Positions 1-8,911 of a stretch of DNA of 64,000 bases are shown piece by piece. Under the pieces are notes generated by a model. That model was not told where the DNA came from, searched no databases, and worked only from the letters and a program-made list of their open reading frames with translations. Source of the stretch: Desulfatiglandales bacterium (lineage in GTDB: Bacteria; Desulfobacterota; DSM-4660; Desulfatiglandales; HGW-15); NCBI GenBank assembly GCA_963667015.2, contig CAXXJJ010000004.1, positions 1,696,001-1,760,000 on the forward strand, given 5' to 3'. Both the position numbers and the translations under genes were made by a program. Positions within the stretch are counted from its first letter, which is position 1; each line of letters opens with the position of its first letter.

Positions 1-548
1 CCAGGTTCTTCCCCAATATTTAAAAGCCCTATTTTAGGGTCATTGAAACCGAGACATGAAACAGCAAAGGCTTCAGCCATAACGCCGAATTGAAAGAGAT
101 GAACAGGACGGCAATCAACGTTGCCCCCCACGTCAATTACAATTACATCTCCCCTTTCGCCCGGTAAAATACTGGCCAGTGCCGGCCTTTCAACTCCCTT
201 AATTTTTCCGGAAGCCAGGATTCCTGCTACTATCGTTGCGCCCGAATTCCCGGCACTCACAACAGCATCGGCTTTTCCTGATTTTAAAAGTCCAAAAGCC
301 ACCCTGATGGATGAGTCTTTTTTATTTTTATATGCCTTCATAGGAGGCTCACCCATGTCTACAACTTCACTGCAGTTATAAACCGTCACACCTTCTTGAA
401 TAATACCGTTTTCAAGGTATGGAGTTATAGCGGTCGAGTCCCCTACAAGAATGATATTGCATTTTAACTCTTCACAAGCCTGAAGAGCCCCATGAACGAC
501 CACCTCGGGAGCATTATCACCTCCCATGGCATCCACGGCAATAATCAT
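1..548 (-). CDS. plsX: Phosphate acyltransferase PlsX (5' part; continues off the window)
   Basis: Minus-strand translation from ATG at 548 reads MIIAVDAMGGDNAPEVVVHGALQA, the PlsX N-terminal signature; lies directly after rpmF. Not in the ORF track because it is truncated. Confidence 0.95.
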   Translation of the reverse strand, partial: MIIAVDAMGGDNAPEVVVHGALQACEELKCNIILVGDSTAITPYLENGIIQEGVTVYNCSEVVDMGEPPMKAYKNKKDSSIRVAFGLLKSGKADAVVSAGNSGATIVAGILASGKIKGVERPALASILPGERGDVIVIDVGGNVDCRPVHLFQFGVMAEAFAVSCLGFNDPKIGLLNIGEEP

Positions 549-549
549 T

Positions 550-735
550 CTATATCTCTTCTTCAGTCTCTATTATTGTTTTCCCCTTGTAGGAACCGCA
601 ATTTTTACATACATGATGAGATAATACCGGCTCATGGCACTGGGGGCAAGAAGATACGTTTGGCATACTGATATGATCGTGGGCTCTACGCATATCCCTT
701 TTTGATTTTGATTTTTTCTTTTTTGGTACTGCCAT
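550..735 (-). CDS. rpmF: 50S ribosomal protein L32 (Zn-ribbon, C+ form)
   Basis: [19 protein letters not shown]...CPQC...HHVCKNCG; yceD-rpmF-plsX synteny. Confidence 0.98.
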   Translation of the reverse strand: MAVPKKKKSKSKRDMRRAHDHISMPNVSSCPQCHEPVLSHHVCKNCGSYKGKTIIETEEEI

Positions 736-755
736 TTACTTTATTCCCACTCCTT

Positions 756-1283
756 CTAGTTTTTTAATTTATTAAGTTTTGCAAAACCGGGATGTCCCTC
801 TTCCCTGGTACATTCACAGGTCTTTTCATTCAGGCGACACCCGCATTTTGCACATAATCCCAGACAATTACTCCTGCACAGACATTTTATAGGCAAAGAA
901 AGATAAAGCTGTTCTCTGATTATCCCATGCAGGTCGACTTCATCATCGCTGATAAAAACAACCTCCATATCTTCTTCCATCAATTCCAGCTCAACCTTTT
1001 CCACATTCTCCGGTGCCGGGATCAAAAAGGAGTTAAATTCAGACTCTACTTCCTGACTGTATGAATCAAGACATCTGTCACAGACAACCTTCAATGCTCC
1101 TTTAAAGACACCATTAAGAACGTATTTTTGCTCAACCCTGTAAATTTCTATTTTAACATTTATCGGTGAATCAATTGCCTCTATCTGATCATTGTTTTTT
1201 TCAGGAGCCCACCAATCCCTTTCAAGGGTAAATTCAAATGTTTTTATCCCTTCACCGGGAATTGATTTAAGGTCGATTATCAT
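756..1283 (-). CDS. yceD: YceD/DUF177 family protein
   Basis: CDRCL motif, C-terminal LSLPIKCLCRSNCLGLCAKCG...HPGFAKL; upstream of rpmF. Confidence 0.92.
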   Translation of the reverse strand: MIIDLKSIPGEGIKTFEFTLERDWWAPEKNNDQIEAIDSPINVKIEIYRVEQKYVLNGVFKGALKVVCDRCLDSYSQEVESEFNSFLIPAPENVEKVELELMEEDMEVVFISDDEVDLHGIIREQLYLSLPIKCLCRSNCLGLCAKCGCRLNEKTCECTREEGHPGFAKLNKLKN

Positions 1284-1482
1284 CTGACTATATTATTCTT
1301 TTATCAAGTAAAAACAAAGGCTTTAAATAAAATTATTTATCACCTGAGTTTTCTGTAAAAAATTAAAATGTGCAGTATATATTAGAACACCAGTTTGTCA
1401 AGTATTTTAAGTCACATACAAATGCAGGCATTCAGATGGAAGGTGGTGCCGGTTTAAAAATAACAACAGGTTACAAATAGAA

Positions 1483-1518
1483 ACACCACCTGCCTGAGAT
1501 ACCTCGGGCAGGTGGTGT
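1483..1518 (-). terminator. Intrinsic terminator after flgM
   Basis: 16-bp stem ACACCACCTGCCTGAG / CTCGGGCAGGTGGTGT with a 4-nt loop, just downstream of the flgM stop. Confidence 0.8.
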
Positions 1519-1535
1519 ATTTGCTTTTAAATTAC

Positions 1536-1847
1536 TTATACAATATTTTCAATGGAATCGTTTAATACCTTTTTAGCAATCTCTTTTGAATCTACATTAT
1601 AGGCATCATTCTGTACCATCATTTTAAGTTCTTCTACTTTTTCAGCCCTTTCACGGGGAATATTTTCCATTTTTTCAGCTGCTTTACTAAACTCAACAGA
1701 AGTGTTGGAAATATCTACCTTGGTACCTTTATCAAATTCCTTCTCCGCCGCCTGACCGCTTACATTTCCGGCTTCTTTCAGCCTGCTTTGAGTGGAATCA
1801 AGATTCCCAACCTGACTCATATTATTCGATATTTCATTTACTTTCAT
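1536..1847 (-). CDS. flgM: Anti-sigma28 factor FlgM
   Basis: DKGTKVDIS...RAEKVEELKMMVQNDAYNVDSKEIAKK matches the FlgM C-terminal pattern; sigma28 promoters upstream. Confidence 0.9.
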   Translation of the reverse strand: MKVNEISNNMSQVGNLDSTQSRLKEAGNVSGQAAEKEFDKGTKVDISNTSVEFSKAAEKMENIPRERAEKVEELKMMVQNDAYNVDSKEIAKKVLNDSIENIV

Positions 1848-1897
1848 TTTGGCCCCCTTAAAGATCTGAAAACAGACCTATACTATAGGAAATCCTG

Positions 1898-2116
1898 TTA
1901 TTCCTCATTCGTCTGCGTATTATTACCGGTAAGTTGAGTCACAATCTTATCAGTCATTTTTCTGAGCACGTCTTTTTGACGAGCTTCACCTGATATACTT
2001 ATAACATCAACAGGTTTTTTCTTTACTAATGTGCCCTCACCGGCAATCACTGCCTTTTTCTTAAGCTGATTGCCGTATATTCTGAGCACATTTCTTATCT
2101 GGTAAGTAGTGATCAA
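1898..2116 (-). CDS. DVU0524-like FlgM-associated protein
   Basis: MITTYQIRNVLRIYGNQL...DVISISGEARQK; immediately upstream of flgM; GGAGG RBS before a TTG start. Confidence 0.75.
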   Translation of the reverse strand: MITTYQIRNVLRIYGNQLKKKAVIAGEGTLVKKKPVDVISISGEARQKDVLRKMTDKIVTQLTGNNTQTNEE

Positions 2117-2137
2117 AATACGTTGCCTCCACTTACC

Positions 2138-2164
2138 CGATCGGCAGAGTGTGTGTGTTACTTA
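2138..2164 (-). promoter_or_regulatory. Sigma28 (FliA) promoter P1 of the flgM operon
   Basis: Minus strand TAAG-N15-GCCGATCG versus consensus TAAA-N15-GCCGATAA. Confidence 0.75.
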
Positions 2165-2191
2165 AATATTTTTTTCAAAAAAATAACCAGG

Positions 2192-2231
2192 AAAGAAAAA
2201 AGAGGAGTACCACCTGTTAAAGGGGTCTCCT
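2192..2231 (-). terminator. Terminator hairpin after the FleQ-like gene
   Basis: Minus strand GGAG-ACC-CCT-ttaac-AGG-t-GGT-a-CTCC followed by TCTTTTTTCTTT. Confidence 0.6.
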
Positions 2232-2233
2232 TT

Positions 2234-2260
2234 CCATCGGCCCGGGGTTAATAAATCTTA
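2234..2260 (-). promoter_or_regulatory. Sigma28 (FliA) promoter P2
   Basis: Minus strand TAAG-N15-GCCGATGG. Confidence 0.65.
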
Positions 2261-2291
2261 ATTTATATTAAAAATTTATCACCTACATATA

Positions 2292-3686
2292 CTAACTGGC
2301 CGCACTACGAGGTTTTTCTATCCCCTGTTTTTTAATCTTCTCTACGAGTGTGGTTCTGTTCATATTCAGAAGCTTAGCAGCCCTGTTTTTAACCCAGTCC
2401 GCTTTTTCCAGTGCCCTGATGATAAGAAGCCTTTCATACTCATTGATGGCATTGTTGAGCGAAAAACCGTCATCCGGTATCATTGACGGGCCTACGTCCT
2501 CGCTCCTCTGTTTTTGAAGTATCTTGTCAGGAACATCCTGCATAGTCAGCTCGTCGGCATCCGTAAGGATGATCATTCGTTCAATAATATTTTCAAGCTC
2601 TCTTACATTTCCCGGCCAGTCATAATTCATAAAGGCCTTGATTACATCCTTTGATATGCCTTTTATTTCCTTACCCCGTGTTCTAATCATATGGTCCATA
2701 AAATGGTGGATAAGCAATGGAATATCAGAGCGCCGGTCTCTCAAGGGCGGAATCTCTATGGGAATAACCCTTAATCTATAATAGAGGTCTTCCCTGAATT
2801 CATTTTCAAGGACGAGTTTATCCAGATCTTTGTTTGTAGCGGCGATTACCCTGATGTCACATTTTATAGTTTTGGTACCGCCAAGCCTTTCGAACTCCTG
2901 CTCCTGCAGGATACGGAGAAGTTTGACCTGAAGGTGGGGACTCATTTCGCCTATTTCATCGAGGAATATGGTTCCACCATTCGACATCTCAAATCTTCCT
3001 ATACGGGTCCTTATGGCATTGGTAAAGGCTCCTTTTTCATGTCCAAAAAGCTCACTTTCCAGCAGATCCTCAGGAATAGCACCGCAATTTACAGGTATAA
3101 GCGGCTTATCACGCCGCATACTGTTATAATGAATGGCTTTGGCCACAAGTTCTTTTCCGGTCCCTGATTCACCAAGAATGAGCACGGTGCTGTCCGTATC
3201 AGCAACCTTTTCTATTACCCTGAAAACCCTATGCATCTCGGAACTGTCACCTATAAAGTTATCAAACTTGTATTTCTTTTTGAGCTGGTTTTTAAGGGCA
3301 ACATTTTCTCTTTTGATATCCCTGAATTCCAGCGCCCTGTTGATTACCATTATGACCTCTTCCATTTTTACCGGTTTGGCCAGATAATCAAAGGCACCTG
3401 ATTTCATCGCTTCTACTGCAGTTCGTATAGTGGCATATCCGGTGAGAATAATCCCGATGGTATCTATGGTGTGTTCAACCAGGTATTTGAGAACCTCCAT
3501 TCCATCGACTTTAGGCATATTTAAATCAATAAGGGCAATATCATAATAGTCCTGATCAATCATCTCGATGGCTTCTTCACCGTTTTGAGCTGTATCTACC
3601 TCAAAATCTTCAAGAGCCAGTATGTCTGAAAATGATTCTCTTATTTTTGATTCATCATCGACTACCAAAATTTTTGCTTTAGCCAT
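2292..3686 (-). CDS. Sigma54-dependent response regulator (REC-AAA+-HTH), probable flagellar master activator (FlrA/FleQ-like)
   Basis: REC (VVDD, D-LNMP, KP), Walker [28 protein letters not shown] tail [18 protein letters not shown] resembles FleQ; next to flgM. Confidence 0.88.
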   Translation of the reverse strand: MAKAKILVVDDESKIRESFSDILALEDFEVDTAQNGEEAIEMIDQDYYDIALIDLNMPKVDGMEVLKYLVEHTIDTIGIILTGYATIRTAVEAMKSGAFDYLAKPVKMEEVIMVINRALEFRDIKRENVALKNQLKKKYKFDNFIGDSSEMHRVFRVIEKVADTDSTVLILGESGTGKELVAKAIHYNSMRRDKPLIPVNCGAIPEDLLESELFGHEKGAFTNAIRTRIGRFEMSNGGTIFLDEIGEMSPHLQVKLLRILQEQEFERLGGTKTIKCDIRVIAATNKDLDKLVLENEFREDLYYRLRVIPIEIPPLRDRRSDIPLLIHHFMDHMIRTRGKEIKGISKDVIKAFMNYDWPGNVRELENIIERMIILTDADELTMQDVPDKILQKQRSEDVGPSMIPDDGFSLNNAINEYERLLIIRALEKADWVKNRAAKLLNMNRTTLVEKIKKQGIEKPRSAAS

Positions 3687-3731
3687 TGATCACTCTCCTG
3701 AACCAGATGGTGTCTTTTTCAATAATATAAC

Positions 3732-3984
3732 GCCAATATTTTGGCTATAGTTATACGAATGTCAATATTTTAACTTCATTTTTTAAAATATCAATCTTTT
3801 TTTTTAATTTATTAAGGCAACTAAAAAAGTTTAAACTGAATATGCGCAATAATTTATTAATACATTAAACATTCATACCATTTGCTGTGATTAATCTACT
3901 ATATTCTGTATTTATTCTACCTCTAAATTTAATAGTAATTATTTATTGATTTGCAGGAATCACAGCTCTCGTCAATTAGTTGAC
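3732..3984. promoter_or_regulatory. FleQ-type boxes (GTCA-N6-TGAC) in the divergent promoter region
   Basis: GCCAATATTTTGGC 3732-3745, GTCAATATTTTAAC 3761-3774, GTCAATTAGTTGAC 3971-3984. Confidence 0.55.
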
Positions 3985-4106
3985 AGAAATCACCTTTACT
4001 GTACAAAATAGATTGCTGGTGTTATAAACATCCAGTCAAAAACATATCACCTGAAAACACATGCCGGTAGCACATAGAATAATTACTCATGGGGAGAATA
4101 GAATAA

Positions 4107-4826
4107 ATGCAACTTATTGAGGGTGTTAGATATAATCTACAGGGATTGAAAATAGGGCTTAAAACCCCTAAACTCCTTATGCTGGGTCTATTACGCTTTA
4201 TTGTCGTAATATTAGCAGCTATTGGTCTTGGAAGTATCATTCTCTTCTATCAGAATGATATAATTTCAGCAATATGGGTAAAACCTGAGAGTCTCTGGAT
4301 TATCTGGTTGTGGTATATGGTGTCATGGCTGATAACCATCATCCTTTTAATAATGTCCACTTTAATGTCCTACCTTATTTCACAGATTATCTTTGCCGTG
4401 GTAATCATGGACAAGATGTCAAGGATAACGGAAGGTATAAAGAAAGGACATATTACGGAACAGAATAATATATCCTATTTCAGGCAACTGATATTTTTGG
4501 TTAAACAGGAAATCCCAAGAGCAATCATCCCTGTGATGATATTAATAATATTTTCGATAATAGGATGGCTGACTCCCATTGGTCCAGTCCTTACTGTAAT
4601 TACCTCAATTCTTGCAGCCGCGTTTCTTTCATGGGACAATACAGACCTTGTTCCTGCCAGGCGTTTTGTCGTATTCAGAAAACGTTTCGGATTTTTTACC
4701 CGAAATTTCTCGTTCCATGCCGGATTTGGCCTGCTGTTCCTTATCCCTGTTTTCAATATCCTGAGCCTCTCATTTGCACCCATAGGGGCGACTTTATATT
4801 ATCTGGATAAAGAAGAAAAAGAATGA
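4107..4826 (+). CDS. EI24/CysZ-like membrane protein
   Basis: Several hydrophobic segments, MDKMSRITE motif, C-terminal IPVFN...APIGATL. Confidence 0.7.
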   Translation: MQLIEGVRYNLQGLKIGLKTPKLLMLGLLRFIVVILAAIGLGSIILFYQNDIISAIWVKPESLWIIWLWYMVSWLITIILLIMSTLMSYLISQIIFAVVIMDKMSRITEGIKKGHITEQNNISYFRQLIFLVKQEIPRAIIPVMILIIFSIIGWLTPIGPVLTVITSILAAAFLSWDNTDLVPARRFVVFRKRFGFFTRNFSFHAGFGLLFLIPVFNILSLSFAPIGATLYYLDKEEKE

Positions 4827-4844
4827 TTCTCGGATCTTTCTCTG

Positions 4845-5585
4845 TCAGCAGCAGATTTTTTCAGGGTCTTCCATCAGGTCGTTAAGGATATTAATCAGGC
4901 TTTCAGGGTCAAATGGTTTTTTAAGGATGCCGTTAACGCAGTGGGCCTTCAATTTTTTTAGTGCATTACCCTCGGAATCCGCATATGCAGTTACGATAAT
5001 TGTAGGAAGAGCTACTCCCTTTTCCTTTAGAGACTGGAACGTTTCAAGACCGTTTAGTATGGGCATCCGCAGATCAAGTATAAGAATATCAACATCACCC
5101 TTTTGAACGCGCTCAACAGCCTCGCTCCCATCACTGGCCTGATATACCATAAAACCTTCATCTTGCAGTACATCCTTCAGGTTATTTACAAAATCAGGAT
5201 CATCATCTGCAATCAGTATTCCTGTTGGAGAGACCTTTTTAACCATACCCAGGATTTCATCCATATCCAGCGGCTTATGAAGAACTCCCCATGCACCGTT
5301 TTCAACCGCCTGATTTAAAAGTTCCTCAACACTGTACCCTGTCATCATTATTATTTTGGTATTAGGCCGTATTTTTTGAATCTCCATAAAACATTCAACA
5401 CCGTTTTTCCCTGACATTCTTATATCCATAAAGGTCAGGTCAAATTCTCTTTCTATGAATTTTTCGATAGCAGCTTCTCCGTCATGCGCAATTTCACAGT
5501 TGTGACCTTCCATCTCAAAGATATCCGCAAGGCTCTCAGCAAAATCAATATCATCGTCAACAATAAAAATATTCAGACTATTCAT
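4845..5585 (-). CDS. Response regulator with two receiver domains and no output domain
   Basis: Two REC units (IVDDD..MDIRM..KP and IADDD..LDLRMP..KP); downstream of two histidine kinases. Confidence 0.9.
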   Translation of the reverse strand: MNSLNIFIVDDDIDFAESLADIFEMEGHNCEIAHDGEAAIEKFIEREFDLTFMDIRMSGKNGVECFMEIQKIRPNTKIIMMTGYSVEELLNQAVENGAWGVLHKPLDMDEILGMVKKVSPTGILIADDDPDFVNNLKDVLQDEGFMVYQASDGSEAVERVQKGDVDILILDLRMPILNGLETFQSLKEKGVALPTIIVTAYADSEGNALKKLKAHCVNGILKKPFDPESLINILNDLMEDPEKICC

Positions 5586-5624
5586 AATTAATTCTCCAGA
5601 TAATATCCTTATAATAATTTTCTA

Positions 5625-8600
5625 TTAAAGAGGTATTGTAATTTTGACAGAAGCACCCCTTTGAGGTTCACCAGTTATATCCATATTCCATCCGTGCTGC
5701 TCTATTATCTGCCGTGTAATTGGAATTCCCAGACCAACTCCATATGTTTTGGTGCTGTAAAGCGGCTCAAAAATTTTATTTTTATTTCCCATATCAAATC
5801 CCACGCCATTATCAGATATTTCAATTATTAAATTCTCCATATCCCCATTAGATACTATATGAACATAGCCGGGTTCATCAAGTCCTTTCTCCTGAATAGA
5901 CTGATAGGCATTAGTTAAAATATTCACTATACCCCGTCTAAAACGTTCCCGGTCCATATATATTTTAATATTTGAATTTAACTCTTTTTTAATGAAAATA
6001 CCTTTTGGTGGAGGTGTTTCATCAACCAGTTCGCTTAACCAGGCATCAATTAATGTAGGTTCCAGAAATAAATCCTGTGCCCGGGAATAATTCAATAATT
6101 CATCAATAATCAGATCACAACGTCTGATGTTTCTCTCAGCACGTTCCAGGGCTGTTACTACACTCTCATCCTGTCCTTTTAATCGTTGGCGGACAGAAAA
6201 AACAGAAGCCCGTACCGTTCCGAGTGGATTTCTTAATTCATGACTCACCGTAGCAGTCAACCTTCCAAGGGTTGCCATTTTTTCACTTAAGATAAGTTCT
6301 CTCTGGGCTTCCTTCAATTCTGCTGTTTGCTCATCAACCATCTTCTCTAGGTCTTTCCTGTAATTATCCAGTTCTGCATCGGTTTTCTCACGCATTATCG
6401 CGTTAGCAAAGATTTCGGCCACAAGCTTAAGCCTTCTGATCAGACCAGGAGTCCACTCCTTTTCATTTTCTATAGAAGAAATGGCCATACACCCCAGCAG
6501 TGTTTTTCGTGCAAAAAGCGGAAGCATGAGGATTGATTTAGTGCCATCTTTCAGAACCCTTTTCCCCCATTCCTTTATATCATCCGGGAGTAGATCATTG
6601 GGGCTGTCAATTTTTATATAATCCCCTCCATGAAAATATTTTTCGATCCCATATGCTGCTGGTATAGGATCTAATGAAAAGGGAGGAAGTTTTGGATCAA
6701 GATTCTGATTTGTATAGGTGCATATAAACCGAAAAAACGTGTAATTTTCCTGATATTCTCCTATACCGCATTTATCAACTTTCAAAAACTGAGAGAAGCG
6801 CTCCAGCCAGATATTAAGTTCATCTTTGATATTGTCAATTTTCACATTGATGAGTGCAGCTGAAAATTCCGAAACGAGCTCCTCAAATTTTAAACGTTCC
6901 TCCAGCTCTCTCCTTGCAGTGTTCAATTCGGTAATATCCCTGAAGAAACTGAAAACAATATCTTCACCAGGCAGAAAGCTACTGTTAATCTCAACATCAA
7001 TTATCTTTCCGTCTTTTCTGATGTGCCGGGAAAAATGGTGGAGCGAGCCTCTTTTTTTTATTCCTCTCCCCTCTCTATCTATTTTCTCGGGATTACCGGG
7101 AGCATCAATATCTGATATTTTGAGGTTTAACAATTCATCTCTGGTATAACCTGTCATGCGGCAATATTCATCATTTACAGCAAGGATATTCTGCTGTAAA
7201 TCCGATATCCAGAATCCTACACTGGCGTTTTTTATTATTGTTGTATATCGCTCCTCCAGCATTTTCCGGCGTTCGGTTTCTGAAGTAAGATGTTCATAAG
7301 CACGCATTCGAAGGATGGAATTGCCAATAATTTCGCCTATAAGCCTGACTCTTCTGACCAGCTCCCCGGGCCATTTGTGTTCCTGCCTGTAATTGATTAA
7401 TGTAAGGTTACCAAAGGCCTTATTTCCTGTTACAAGGGGAACAATTATAACTGATTTTGCGCCGGTCTTTTCAAACAACCCGCCGCGATACATTGGCGGC
7501 AGTTCTTCAGGTATCTTTTCCGCCCGTATTATTTTTCCCTTCTCAAGCTCTACAATTATATCCTCCGGCGTTTCATGATCCTCATCAATTGGAATATTTA
7601 TACCGGGGACCGTGTAATGCAGGGTTGTGTGGATATTATTATCTACCGTGGGATATTCGATGACCAATCCCCTGTCTATTCTCAGGGTTTCCACAAAATG
7701 CCTGAGCCAGAATTTAAGCTCATTTTTTATTTTATCAGGGCTGATATTTATAAGAGTCGCAGAGAACCTTGAAACAAGCTCTTCAAATTCAAGGCGCTCA
7801 GCCATATCTCTCTGAGCATTCTTGATATCCGTAATATCACGTACAAAGCTGAAGACAAGATTATCTTCTTTCCCAAACATACTGCTGCTTATCTCAACGT
7901 CAAACAGGCTTCCATCCTTTCTTCTATGTGAGGTTGTCAGGTGAATAGCTCCTTCCTCAATAGCGCGTTCCTTCTCTTTTTCAATCTTATCAGGATCCAT
8001 CGATGCATCAATTTCCCATGTTTTCTTCACTATTAATTCTTCACGGCTGTATCCTGACATTCGGCAATATTCGTCGTTTACATCGACTATTGAATGATCT
8101 TTCAGATTTATTATCATAAAACCCAGGTTTGAATTCTTTATTACTGATGAATAGGTCTCTTCCAGTAATTTCCGGTTCTCCATTGTCTCAAGAAGGAGCT
8201 GATGAGAACGTATTCTAAGGATTGCATTGACTATTATTTCTCCAATAAGTTTAATTCGCCTGACAATATCATCCGACCATATGCATCTATTTCTATAGGT
8301 AGCGAATAAGAGAGTTCCAACAACCCTGTTGTTCGATGAAAATGGAACAATGGCAACTGATTTAGCCTTAGTTTTCTCTACCATACCCCCACGAAAAACC
8401 TCAGGAAGATCCTCGGGAATCTTCCCGGCCTTGATTATTAAACCCTTTCTAAGTGTCTTTATTACTCCATCAGGAGGCTCATAAATATCCATAACAGGAT
8501 CAATATCAATCTCCGGGACAGTATAATCCATCAAACTATGGATTGTTTTTTCATCATCCATAAACTCGTTTACCATACACCTGTCCACTTCGAAAAACTC

Positions 8601-8807
8601 AACAAATTTTTTTAACCAGCTGCCTAATTCATTCTCCAGACTATCTTCCAGAGCACCTATAAGGGCCGCTGAAAAACCTGATATCAGGTTTTCGAACTTG
8701 AGAATATTTTCAGGATTCTTTTCATCAGTTATCCCTGAGGAAGAATCTGTGGAGACAATTGAATCAATATTTGAAGAAATTGCACTTTTGTCGACTTTTT
8801 CAGCCAT
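5625..8807 (-). CDS. Cytoplasmic sensor histidine kinase, (GAF-PAS)x2-GAF-HisKA-HATPase
   Basis: H-box SHELRNPL, N-box NILTNA, DNGVG, GVGLG; PAS motifs VNDEYCRMSGYS and HRRKDG; no TM segment visible. Confidence 0.92.
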   Translation of the reverse strand: MAEKVDKSAISSNIDSIVSTDSSSGITDEKNPENILKFENLISGFSAALIGALEDSLENELGSWLKKFVEFFEVDRCMVNEFMDDEKTIHSLMDYTVPEIDIDPVMDIYEPPDGVIKTLRKGLIIKAGKIPEDLPEVFRGGMVEKTKAKSVAIVPFSSNNRVVGTLLFATYRNRCIWSDDIVRRIKLIGEIIVNAILRIRSHQLLLETMENRKLLEETYSSVIKNSNLGFMIINLKDHSIVDVNDEYCRMSGYSREELIVKKTWEIDASMDPDKIEKEKERAIEEGAIHLTTSHRRKDGSLFDVEISSSMFGKEDNLVFSFVRDITDIKNAQRDMAERLEFEELVSRFSATLINISPDKIKNELKFWLRHFVETLRIDRGLVIEYPTVDNNIHTTLHYTVPGINIPIDEDHETPEDIIVELEKGKIIRAEKIPEELPPMYRGGLFEKTGAKSVIIVPLVTGNKAFGNLTLINYRQEHKWPGELVRRVRLIGEIIGNSILRMRAYEHLTSETERRKMLEERYTTIIKNASVGFWISDLQQNILAVNDEYCRMTGYTRDELLNLKISDIDAPGNPEKIDREGRGIKKRGSLHHFSRHIRKDGKIIDVEINSSFLPGEDIVFSFFRDITELNTARRELEERLKFEELVSEFSAALINVKIDNIKDELNIWLERFSQFLKVDKCGIGEYQENYTFFRFICTYTNQNLDPKLPPFSLDPIPAAYGIEKYFHGGDYIKIDSPNDLLPDDIKEWGKRVLKDGTKSILMLPLFARKTLLGCMAISSIENEKEWTPGLIRRLKLVAEIFANAIMREKTDAELDNYRKDLEKMVDEQTAELKEAQRELILSEKMATLGRLTATVSHELRNPLGTVRASVFSVRQRLKGQDESVVTALERAERNIRRCDLIIDELLNYSRAQDLFLEPTLIDAWLSELVDETPPPKGIFIKKELNSNIKIYMDRERFRRGIVNILTNAYQSIQEKGLDEPGYVHIVSNGDMENLIIEISDNGVGFDMGNKNKIFEPLYSTKTYGVGLGIPITRQIIEQHGWNMDITGEPQRGASVKITIPL

Positions 8808-8911
8808 TCCCTATCCTTTTCTATTAAGGTTCCCTGCAATCTCCTCCGGGTAGATATAGCCGGTAAGCAGGTTAATCTTTTTCTGTTCAAAAAGAGATCT
8901 TTCTTCTCCCT

